Origin: Azolla caroliniana
Lineage: Eukaryota; Plantae; Polypodiophyta
Assembly: GCA_043228905.1 (NCBI GenBank)
Contig: JBHGNT010000008.1
Location: 1,860,001-1,924,000, forward strand
DNA length: 64,000 bases
Reading direction: 5' to 3'
Shown: one piece after another, positions 1 to 10,883 of the stretch
How the letters are laid out: each line of letters opens with the position of its first letter
Numbering within the stretch: the first letter of the stretch is position 1
Notes under the pieces: generated by a model
What the model was told of the DNA's origin: nothing
Databases searched by the model: none
What the model saw: the letters and a program-made list of their open reading frames with translations, nothing else
Program-made: the position numbers and the translations under genes

Positions 1-36
1 AACGGTTCGGATCGGCGAGGCCCGGATCGGAAGGGA

Positions 37-3000
37 ATGACGACGATCGCGGTAAGTGAAGAAGAACTAATGCTCATCACCGAGGAGAGTGAGTTGAACC
101 TTGCCGTTAATGAAACAACGTGGGTTGTCGATTCCGGAGCCTCGTTCCACCTTACCCCGGACCGGAAATGCTTCTCGTCCTACATAGCCAGTGAGCACGA
201 CTGTGTTCGGATGGGGAATGAAGGGACATGCCGAATTATTGGCATAGGAAATGTGTTGCTGACGACATCAACCGGATGCAAGTTGATGTTGAAGGATGTC
301 CAACACGTTTCGGAGGTTCAACTGAACTTGATATCAACCGGTCGGCTAGATGATGAAGGCTACACAGGTAGCATCCGGAACGGTGTCATGAGGTTCTACA
401 AAGGGAGCTTAATAGTGGCTCGAGCCCGGAAGGTTAACACACTAAACTTAATGCATGCCCGGATATGCCGGGATGAAGTGAACGTAGCATCCGACACTGC
501 CAGTGAGCTGTGGCACAGAAGACTATGTCACATGAGTGAGAAGGGGATGAAGTGAACGTAGCATCCGACACTACCGGTGAGCTGTGGCACAGAAGACTGT
601 GTCACATGAGTGAGAAGGGGATGAAGAGGCTTGCTGACGACAACCTCATTCCGGTGAAGGACATGCAATTTGAGAAGTGCACTGAATGCCTGGCCGACAA
701 GCAAAACCGAACCTCCTTCCGATCAAGACCACCGATGAGACGGAATGCACCACTAAAGTTGGTGCATACCGATGTGTGTCAAGTAGACACGAAGTCACAT
801 GCGGGATCGCAGTACTTCGTGACGTTTATAGATGACCACAGCCGGAAGCTGTGGGTCTCACAATTGAAGACGAAGGATCAAGTGTTATCTATCTTCAAGG
901 AGCTCCACGCGAGAGTGGAAAGAGAAACCGGTCGGAAGCTGAAAGCGGTTTGAGCAGATAACAGAGGAGAATACCGGGGGCAGTTCGAGGAGTACTGCCG
1001 GTCGAAGGGAATCTGGCTTGAATTCACCGTGCTGAAGATGCTAGAACTAAACGAGTTGGTCAAAAGGATGAACCGGACCATAATGGAGAGAGTCTGGAGC
1101 ATGCTCGCATATGCCAAGTTACCCAAGACGTTTTGGGCTGAGGCGCTAACAACAACGACCTATGTGATAAACAGATCACCCTCAGTACCCTTGGGTGGAG
1201 ACTCACCACAAAAGTATGGACCGGTAAGGATGTGTCTTACCGGCATCTGAAGGTGTTCGGGTGTCTCGCATACATGCATGTGGTGAAGGACAAGAGAGAA
1301 AAGTTGAATCCGAAGTCCCGGCCATGCATATCCCTTGGATACGGCGATGATGAGTTTGGTTACCGAGTGTGGGATCTGGTCAACAGAAAGATGTTCCGGA
1401 GTCGGGACATAGTCTTCATGGAAGACAGGACCATTGCCGAATGGGAGTCGGAGAAGAAGGTAATGAACTCTTGATCATCCATTGAGAACCAGCCTGAGGA
1501 CAAAAGGATATACCCGGTTGAAAACCGGATGTTAGCCGGTAACCGGATGACACTTGATGAACCGGCCTGATACGGACAGGAAACCGAACCGACCGAAGAA
1601 GAAGACATTAGAACCGGACAAGATCCCGAATCGGATTCGGATTCGGAACAAATGGAGGAACTAGTAGTCAAAAACCAAGGACGGAGATATCCTCTCCAGG
1701 AGAGAAGAGCCCCCCGAAGATTTCCAGAAGTAGAGCATGTGTTGCTAACCGATGAGGGGGAGGCGGAGAACTTTGAAGAAGCAAGGGGAGACACCCACAA
1801 CCACAAGTGGTTGAGTGCCATGCAGGATGAGATGGATTCCCTGCATGAGAACCACACATATGAATTGGTGGAGTTGCCGAAAGGAAAGAGGGCACTCCGG
1901 AATAAGTGGGTGTACAAGCTGAAACCAGGAGACACCAGAAATCCACCAAGGTATAAGGCCCGAATCGTGGTGAAGGGCTTCCAACAGAAGGAAGGAGTGG
2001 ACTTTGATGAGGTCTTTTCCCTGGTAGTAAAGATGACACCGATCCGGACGGTCTTGCACATAGCAGCAAGCATGGACCTCGAGGTAGAGCAATTGGATGT
2101 CAAGACGACATTCCTACATGGTGACCTCGAAGAAGAGATCTACATGCATCAACTGGAAGGATTTGAGAAGAAAGGGAAGGAGCCCCTGGTGTGCCAGCTG
2201 AAGAAGAGCTTATATGGACTGAAGCAAGCTCCCCACCAATGGTACTGGAAGTTTGACTCCTTCATGACCGATCAAGGGTACCACAAGATGTATGTCAATC
2301 ACTGTGTGTTTTTGAAGAAATTTGATGAAGGAGATTTCTTGATATTGCTTCTGTACGTGGACGACATGTTGATTATCGAACGAGACCAAGTCAAGATACA
2401 GATGCTGAAGAAGGCCCTTAACCGGACCTTCTCAATGAAAGACTTGGGTTCGGCAAGACAGATACTAGGGATGCACATCATCCAGGACCGGTCGAAGAAG
2501 CAATTTTGGCTGTCACACGAAAAGAATGTGACAAAGGTGCTTCGGCGGTTTAACATGTTCGAAGCAAAACCGGTCGGATCGACACTCCTGGCAAACTACA
2601 GATTATCCGGTAAGCAAAGACCGAAGACAAAGGCAGAGAAGGAGGATATGACGAAGATTCCATATGCCTCTGCAGTCGGGAGATTGATGTACGCAATGCT
2701 GTGTACTCAACCGGATATTGGATACGCAGTTGGAGTGGTGAGGCGGTTCATGACCAACCCCGGAAAAGAGCACTAAAATGGATACTTCGGTACTTGAAGG
2801 GCACTTCGAGTATGTGCCTCCAATTTGGCTCCGGTAAACCCCTCATGGAAGGATTTACCAATTCGGATATGTCGGCGGATGCGGACACCAGCCGGTCAAC
2901 TTCCGGATATGTCATGACCTATGTAGGGGTAGCCGTTTCGTGGCAGTCGAGACTACAAAAGACAATTGCGTTCTCAACCACGGAGGCGGAGTACATGGCA

Positions 3001-3270
3001 GCCGTGGAAGCCGACAAGGAAGTATTATGGATGAAGGACTTCATCGGAGAGCACAGGATCCGGCAAGAGGAATACCGGCTCTACTACGAAAGTCAAAGTG
3101 TCATCCACCTTGCAAAGAACGCGGCATACCATTCCAGAACGAACCACATCCAGCGCATGTACCACTAGAACTAGGAGCGAGTTGAAGATCGAGAGTTCAT
3201 GCTGACGAAGATCCACACGGAGGAGAACGGGTCGGATATGCTAACCAAGGTGCTGACAAGACATCCCATA
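37..3270 (+). pseudogene. pol: Degenerate Copia pol (protease, integrase, RT, RNase H)
   Basis: Motifs WVVDSGASFH (PR), LWHRRLCHMSEKG and LVHTDVC (IN), LLYVDDML (RT), STTEAEYMA (RH). Broken by stops and frameshifts across ORFs 37..555, 552..953, 1029..1250, 1232..1474, 1652..2776 and 2701..3168. Confidence 0.95.
470..626 (+). repeat. 74-bp tandem duplication in Copia-A1 integrase
   Basis: Unit repeated at 470-543 and 544-617, bounded by GGGATGAAG at 470, 544 and 618. It causes the frameshift between ORFs 37..555 and 552..953. Confidence 0.9.
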
Positions 3271-3289
3271 CCGGAGTGAAGGGGGAGAT

Positions 3290-3841
3290 TGTTGGGAAAT
3301 CGGTCTCTCCGGATGGGATCCGGTGATGAATAAAGAGGACCCAGTGAAAATAGGAAGAGATCCGGAAACTGAAGGAGACCCGGTGAAAACCGGAAGAGAA
3401 GACAGATTTGTAAATATGTCTTGAATAAGCCCATTGAGGCTATATTTGTAAATAGCCCTAAGTTCATATAACTATAAATATGACTTAGGGCAATTACTTT
3501 GTGTGTGCGATTGTGTTGTTGTCATATTGTTGTAACTGTTGTACAGAGAGAAAGGGAGAGAGAGAGATACAGAGCGATACTCTGTTGTAACCGCCACTAT
3601 GCAAAGAAACAGAGGTCGAGGTCGTTGCCTCTAAGTCTCTGATTGTACCCCTTTCTCTTCATTGTGATAGTTCAGAATCTATGGGCTCCCGTGGTTTTTC
3701 CCTATTAGGGTTTTCCACGTAAACATCCTGTGTTATTTTCTTGTGTACTCTCCACTTCCCATTACTGTGTTTGATTCTTAAACAAGTGATTTACTACTCG
3801 GTTGTGGCCAAGCGATATTCCGCGTATTTCTTTTCATAACA
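3290..3841 (+). repeat. 3' LTR of Copia-A1 (552 bp)
   Basis: Termini TGTTGGG...CATAACA directly after the PPT; TATA-like CTATAAATA near 3472; similar to the LTRs at 34243-34679 and 47268-47852. Confidence 0.9.
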
Positions 3842-4779
3842 TCTCCCAACTATCCGGGAGGGAACCGAGCAGGAGCAATGCGAGTACCTCATTCGTGAGA
3901 GGTACTTCCAACGTGGTGCCTTGGTGTATTAGCCCCTGGAAGGCATTCATGTGCTACGCCATACTGGAGCCGTCTTGGTACCGGAGCCTCACTAACTTCC
4001 GAAATACCGAAACCCGATTAACGACATTCCCAGATGCCGATCTTCTCCTAGAGTTCATGAGCCTTACTTTCTTCATTGAAGTTGTTGTACAAGCTCATGT
4101 CAATGAAGCATCGGATGTACGCTCTCATCTTCATGTGCATTACCTCCCATGTCACAACATCGATCTTATCCGGTTTCTTGTCCTGAAATGTACCGGCAAT
4201 AAAAGATCTTTAACCACTAGCATGTCCCTCATCTTCGACTTCCACACTGAGTAGTTGGAGCCGGTGAGCTTGAACATGCCACCGAACGACTCTTCCATTT
4301 CCTGTGTTGTTCGCTCTGATACCAGTTTGATAGGAACTAGCGCGGAAGTATTTCTCGGCCAGAACCAAGTCTCAAATCACTCAATGAAGGACCAAACACA
4401 AAAATGGGAAATAGTTATCTGATGAATGCACATACACAAAACAACGATAGAGAACACATGATTTTTACGTGGAAAACCCTCATCGGGAAAAACCACGGGA
4501 GCCCACGGACTCCTAACTATCACTATATGACAAGAAATACAAAGTGGAAACATAGAGGCAACGACCTCATGCTCACGAACTTCACCAGACAGCGGTTACA
4601 ATAGAAAGTGCTCGTAGCTACACTCTCTCTCTCTCCCTCTTTGTACAACAATAATAACAACAACACCACTCCCATTCTGTGATAGCCCTAAGTCATATTT
4701 ATACTCATATGACCTTAGGGCTATTTACAAATATAGCCTCAATGGGCTTACTCTAACATATTTACAAATAGCATTACGT
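3842..4779 (-). mobile_element. 5' portion of Copia-A3: gag fragment 3842-4298, PBS 4313-4324, 5' LTR from 4328 interrupted at 4779
   Basis: Minus-strand gag homologous to 34710-35180 (MEESFGGMFKL...). PBS TGGTATCAGAGC (tRNA-iMet). The LTR shares GGCTATATTTGTAAATAGCCCTAAG with 3290-3841 and probably resumes at 16084 to ~16163. Confidence 0.85.
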
Positions 4780-5550
4780 TGTCGTGTTATTCTGCACGCT
4801 ATCGCGTTGTTACGCGTGTGCGTGTAGAAAGAGGCGGGACCACGGGGTCCTTGAACCGAGGAGTGAGAGAGAGAGAGAGAGAGAGAGGAGAGGAGAGGAG
4901 AAGAGATTTGCAGATACGCAAAAGGGAGAAGGAAAGAAAAAGAAACGGAACACTTAATTACAGTAACAGTCGATTACAATATCAAGAGATTACAATATCA
5001 AGAGATTACAATATCAAGAGATTACAATATCAAGAGATTACAAACTCTAACGAATACAACCGGAAAGGTGGCAATGGACCCGACACGGGGATCCTCATCA
5101 CGCACACAGACAGAACACACTGGACCCCAAAAAAAAGAAGTGTAGAAGGGAGAGCCTCTACTGGCAGTGCACGGGCTACCCACGAAGCAGAGGCGTCGAA
5201 CTCCCAGCACCCACAGAGAATGACGATCGGAGGAGGAGAGAGAGCTCGGCACTCGGTCCTGCAACCCTTCGTCCTCCCTAACGCGCGTCCCTTTTTCTTC
5301 CTTCTCTCCCTCCTTAAATAGTTCGCAAAAAGGGGATGCCCCTTTCTCCCTAGTAAAAACTGCTTTATTCCCTGTCCCTTTCGACAGGGATACGCACAAT
5401 CCCCTAATAAATGTATACTACCTAGTATTTACATCACCCGATCCAATTATGAATCATGTACAAAACATCAATTCACGCGTCCACCCATGTAAGAGCCGGT
5501 TCATGCGCCTTTTTCTCCGATTCCGCCTATGGCCGGTTTTCTTCACGACA
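4780..5550 (-). repeat. 3' LTR of Gypsy-W1 (composite)
   Basis: Bounded by TGTCGTG/CACGACA and adjacent to the G-rich PPT. 4800-5550 resembles LTR 27446-28088, while 4780-4799 matches the start of LTR 14590. Confidence 0.85.
4972..5043 (+). repeat. 16-bp minisatellite GATTACAATATCAAGA x4.5 inside the LTR
   Basis: Perfect units at 4972, 4988, 5004 and 5020, plus a partial unit at 5036. Confidence 0.95.
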
Positions 5551-6660
5551 TCCACCCCCCCACCAAACCGCGCATCCACCGGCATGCGCTAGAGACGGGT
5601 AGATATCGAAGAAAACCAGCCTCACTCGTCGCTCTCCGATTCTCCGTTGGGCCCGAACCAATCGTCGTTGTCGCTCTCGCTCGCCGGCTCCGGTTCGTCT
5701 TCAAACCACTTCTTGAATGCTTTGATCCGATTCTCGGCCACCGGTACTGCTAACCGTGTCCCGTCGAGTTCCGCGAGGTGGTACATGCCGTTGTCGTTCG
5801 CGCTCGTCACCGTGTAGGGCCCGAACCATCTCCTAGCGAACTTTCGCACCGCCTTGTGCTGATTGTCGAGGTTGTTGTTGTATACCAAGACCCAGTCGCC
5901 TTCCTCGATCTTCTTTGGTCGCAACCGGTGCGTCCGGTTGAACCGGGTCTTGTTCCGCTCCCTTGCTGCCCGTAGCTTTTCCTTCGCCCGTTTCACGTCC
6001 TCCGGCCTCCGCTCGAGTTGCCAAATCCGCGCTGCCAACAACTCCTCTGAACTCATCTCGTCCTTCCAATCTACCGCCGCCCATGAAGAAACCGTTAGTT
6101 CCACCGGCATCATTGGCTTCTGTCCATACATCAGCTCTACCGGCATAAACCCTGTCACCGAACTGTGCGTAGTTCGGTCCGCCCATAGTGCGTAAGGAAG
6201 GAGCCGCGGCCAATTCCCGACTTGCCCTCTGCATGCACGCACCAACGCCTTTACGATCGGCCTGTGCCCATGTTCTACCTTCCCGTTTTCCTCCGGATTG
6301 TACGCCGTAGTGAGGGAGAGTTTGACCCCTAGCCGGTCGAACAGCTCCTCAGCTTCCCACGCATCCAGCTCTCCCTGGTCCACCACGATCCTCCCGACAC
6401 ACCCGTACCAACACACTACCTCTTCGATCAGGAACCAGCATACCGCCGTGGTTGTCTTGTTCTGTAGTGCACGACCTTCTACCTGGTTTGTTAAGTCTTC
6501 CCACGCAAGCGCCAGGTATCACATCTGTCCTACTCCCATCAACATCGTCACCAAGTCCACCATCCACTTGAAATGGACCGCAGGCGGGTAAGTCGGGTGT
6601 AGCTCGTCCCGATGTCGGACTACGGAGTGCATCTGACAGCTTTCGCAAGTCGTTACGAAC
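5551..6660 (-). pseudogene. pol: Gypsy-W1 integrase fragment (CxxC, DDE core, GPY/F)
   Basis: VTTCESCQ, KWMVDLV, AYNPEENGKVEHGH and RWFGPY in ORFs 5622..6416 and 6519..6833. Confidence 0.9.
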
Positions 6661-7064
6661 TGTAAAAAGTAACGTGTGGAAGCAAGTATGAAGACCACAC
6701 AGAAGGAAGAACACTCAGGTTTAATGTAGAGCTTGAGCTTACACAGTATACGCGGGAGAGACAGAGAGAGTGAGAGAGAGAAAACACAAGAACTATATTT
6801 CAACAAAAGATCTCGATTCACTACTCTATACATATGTGTGTTCTATGAACACTTTTATACAAGTCCTCGAACGACTGACCGAAGTACTGACCGTACTTCA
6901 ATGCTCTTTAAGAGCTCCTACACTAACTCCCAAATATATTCCTCACGGAATATCTTTCCTAATGGCCTCCCGGTTTACGCACTCGGCCTAACCGATCGGT
7001 CCCAACCGATCCGGTCCTCGGCTTCTTCAGCCGGTCCGGCCGATGTTGAGCTTGTCTCTCAACA
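6661..7064 (-). repeat. Copia-B LTR (404 bp)
   Basis: Nearly identical to 28560-28963, 33699-34102 and 50679-51081; element-sense termini TGTTGAG...TTTTACA. Confidence 0.95.
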
Positions 7065-10000
7065 CTCCCCCTCAAGCTCAACTTGAGGCTCTTCAGGATC
7101 CTCGGGCTCACAGCTCCGGTTCATCCTAGCTTCATGCCTCGCTCGCGCTCCTCGACCTGTTCGACTCTGCGCGCTTCGACCCTTCCGATTGGCTTGTCTA
7201 CTAATGTGGCCCTCATCAGCTCTTCTGTTGTTGCGGTGTTGACGCATCTTCTGCTGCGTTTTCTTCCGCTTGGGCCTCGGTTGATTCAGCGTATCTGAAT
7301 CAAACATCCGAACCGACTCGGCTACCTCCGATCGGTTTTCGCTCTCGTCCGAGTTGGTTGTCTCCAACTCGTCTTCGGTCTTCTCGCCCTCGGTGGCGTC
7401 ATCTTCCCCATGCGTGGTTGGCTTCGGCTCTCTCCTTCAGTTGCTCCCCTTCTGTCCGCTTCCGGACTTTTCCGCGGGTCCGCCCTCGGCTTCTTTAGCC
7501 GATCCGAAGTCGAACTCGACAACCGAGTCAACCGACTCGGTGGTGTCGCGGTCTCCGCTCCTTTCCTGCTGCCTTGCTTGGTCATTCGGGATTGTTCTCG
7601 CCCTCAAGTTTGGCAAGTCGAGGTGACGCAATCCGAGCGCACCTGAGAATTGCCGCAACTTGTCCAGACCAAGAGGCTTGGTGAAGATGTCGGCAATCTG
7701 CCGATCCGTCGGAACGTACTGAAGTTTGACTTCACCGAAAAGGACACGCTCACGGACGAAATGGTAGTGCACCTCAATGTGCTTGGTCCATGCGTGGAAG
7801 ACAGGGTTCTTCGCGAGTTGGATGTTGCTGAGGTTGTCGCCTTCGATCCGGAGGAAGTAATGAAGGTCCCGCAGAACCTTCATGTTGAACGATGCCGCAA
7901 GCTGGAGCTTCACGCGGTCGATTTCACCGAGGTCGGCGCTGGTGATGACCAAGTCATCAACATATAGTAAAATACTAACCGGTCCGAGTCGACCTTTCCG
8001 GATGAACAAGGAAGAGTCTGATTTTGACGTGACAAAGCCCATCCGACGCAGTTGTTGGGTGATCTTAGCGTTCCAGAAACGCGGGGCTTGCTTCAGTCCG
8101 TAAAGGGACTTCTTCAGTCGGCATACTGCCGAGGAGTTCGTTCCGGAGTGAAATCCGGGGGGCTGTACTATGTACACCTGTTCCTCAAGGTCACCTTGCA
8201 GGAACACATTCTTTACATCCATCTGATGTAAGTGCCACCCCTTCGCCGCAGCTACTGCGAGCAAAACACGGACGATCGTCATTTTTGCGACCGGCGCAAA
8301 CGTCTCATCGTAGTCGATGCCGTGTTTCTGCGTGTAGCCCTTTACCACTAGCCGAGCCTTGTACCGGTTGACCGAGCCATCGGTGTTGTACTTGACCTTG
8401 TACACCCACCTACACCTGATCGGTTTTACCCCTGTTGGTGCATCAACCAGGTCCCAGGTCTCGTTCTCCGCCAATGTGTGCATCTCTTCCTCCATCGCGG
8501 CACGCCAATTCGCGTCTTTAGCCGCTTCTGCATAGCTCTCCGGCTCACGCACTTCCGCTACACGGGTCATGTATGCATAATGATGCGCCATGTACTCGTT
8601 GTATCCGAACCGCGAAACAGGGTTCTTTTGGCGGGTAGATCGGCGTAATCTAGCATTAGCCGATGTCGAGGCCTTCTCGGTCGACGCGGACTTCAATTTT
8701 AAAGACCCGTCACCGGTTCCCTCGGAGTCGTACTCGCGTCGGTCTGACTCGTTCCTATCCGTGCCAGAATCTGACACCTTCTTCTTCCCTTTCTCTTTGC
8801 GCGTAAGCCGTCTCCTCGGCTTCCTGCACGGGGAATGCACGGCCGAGTCTCCACTACTCGCAGGCTCTTCATCGGACTGGTCGTAATGACTCAGTCGTCC
8901 AATCGGTCCACTTAAACGGAGTGAAATCGGACTCTCTTCGCGGGTCTCAATTTCGGGCTCATCAGGAGGCATCTCGGTCTCGCTGACCTCATCGTCAGAA
9001 CTCGGATTCGAGTGAGGGTTAGGAATCGGGGGCTGGTACCAGGACGCACACTCGTCAACCACAATGTCGCGATGAACACGCGCTTGTTTGGTGCGTGGGT
9101 TATAGCACTTATAACCCTTCTGCTCGTCCGAGTAACCGATCAAGATGCACTTCTCGGCCTTTGCGTCCAACTTCCTCCTTTTCTCTTTCGGTATATGCAC
9201 ATACACAATGCTACCGAATACCCTCAAGTGTCGCAAGTTCGGCTTCGTTCCGAAATATAGCTCGTGCACCGACACTTTGTCTCCGATCCGGTTCTGGATG
9301 TATACCGCGGTCCTTACCGCCTCATCCCAGTAGAACTTGGGCAAGCTCTTCTCCTCCAGCATTGCCCGTGCCGCTTCCACAATTGACCGATTCTTCCTCT
9401 CGGCCACGCCGTTCTGCTCCGGCGTGTATCTACAACTGAATTCGCGCCGAATTCCCATTTGTTGTAGGTAACCGTTGAATTGACCAGAAAAGTACTCTTT
9501 CCCGCCATCCGACCGCAGGCACTTGATCTTTCGTCCCGTTTCCTTTTCCACGAACCCTTTGAGGTCCTGGAAACAGTCGAAGACTTCGCTCTTCCTCTCA
9601 ATGAGGTAGATCCACGTGTGTCGTGTGTGGTCGTCGATGAAGGAGATGAAATATCGGCCCCCGCCAAGACTACCGTTTTGTGCCGGCCTCCATACATCGG
9701 AGTGTATCAGGTCGAGCTTGTTCCGGCTCCGGTTTCGCTCGCTAGGGAAAGGAAGTCGGTGTTGCTTCCCGAGCTGGCAGGCTTCACAAATTTGTGGCTT
9801 TCGGCCACTAAATTTGGGCAATCCGAACACTACCTGTTTCGATTGCAAATCTTGAAGCCGTTGGTAGTTGACGTGGTCTATCCGCTTGTGCCACAAGTCG
9901 ATGTCCGACTCGGATTTTTGTCCCTTCGCGAACATTGCGGTGCCGCCGTCAGTGGAATCTAGGATGAACATCCTCCCGTCTCTGCACCCTTGCGCAATCA

Positions 10001-10349
10001 CACGGCCTTCTTCCTCAATGAAGCACCCGAGGTGTGTAAACCGAACCTCCATCCCTTGCTTGATGATCTGTCCGACCGAGACCAAGTTCTTCGTGATTGT
10101 CGGAACATGCAACACGTTCATGAGTTTCCCTTTCTGCCCGACATGGCTAAGGGGAACTTCTCCGACATTCGCAATCGGATGCGGAGTGTCGTCTCCAGTT
10201 GCGATTACTCCAGGTTGTATCGGTTTTTCAAGGTACGAGAACCACTCCTTATGGCTCGTCATGTGGTTTGACGCACCGGAGTCTATGTAACACACCTTGT
10301 CCGATCTCGGGGTGGTCCGTTTCATTGAGTTTGCTTCGTGTCTCGTCAC
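7059..10349 (-). pseudogene. pol: Copia-B1 pol (PR-IN-RT-RH plus C-terminal tail) with an internal in-frame deletion
   Basis: 970-aa ORF 7437..10349 with YIDSGASNHMT, LIHSDVW, LLYVDDL and HIEVHYHFVRE. About 590 bp of RT/RH present in the 29737-30330 copy is missing at ~7840. The same frame continues to 7059 past one TGA. Confidence 0.92.
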
Positions 10350-10883
10350 GAAGACAGACCCTTCTCCGGCTCTCCCGGAGTCTTCGGCGTAGTGCGATCG
10401 CTGCCAATTTCCCTTGTCGGTATGTCCGGAGCCGTTTTCGGAACCGGTTCTCTCCGAATCGGCGCGCTTCTTCTAGCACTCACTTTCCTTGTGGCCTTTC
10501 TTGCCATAGTACCAGCACTCCGCGATGGCCCTCCCTTGCCAGTTCTCATCGCTTCGACTCCCCCTGTTTCCGGAGGGTCCAGAGTTGTTGTCGGCATCAC
10601 TTCGGTGCCTTCTTCCTTGATCTCGTCGGCCGCCTCCATTGCGTGCCGACTCGCCTCGTCCTCCACGTCCACGTGGCCTATCTCCCTCCGTGTACAACAT
10701 TCTGCTGTCGGTGTGCGTGCTTGTAGACGCACCTGCATGGTTCTCCTCTATCAAGAGCATTGACTGTAAGTCGAAAAAGGACGGCGTATTCTCCCGGGTA
10801 CACACAGCCGTTCGAAACGCTCCGAACTTCGATGCCAAACCTCCGAGACAGATCTGGACCATCTCGCTATCCTTGATGTTCAC

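Larger units (their letters stand above)
1..3841 (+). mobile_element. Ty1/Copia LTR retrotransposon Copia-A1 (Tnt1/Tork-like); 5' end lies outside the window
   Basis: Domain order PR-IN-RT-RH, then PPT GAAGGGGGAGA (3278-3288) and a TG...CA LTR (3290-3841). It is inserted antisense into the gag of a related copy starting at 3842. Confidence 0.95.
6661..10883 (-). mobile_element. Copia-B1, 5'-truncated, inserted in Gypsy-W1 integrase
   Basis: 3' LTR 6661-7064, PPT 7065-7076, left flank CGAAC. The 5' end is lost at a junction with Gypsy RT near 10883. Confidence 0.92.

Noticed and set aside
7437-7439. Programmed stop-codon readthrough before the Copia-B tail
   Set aside because: The stop is not conserved: it is CGG in B2, whose own stop lies elsewhere (29465). 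This fits C-to-T decay.
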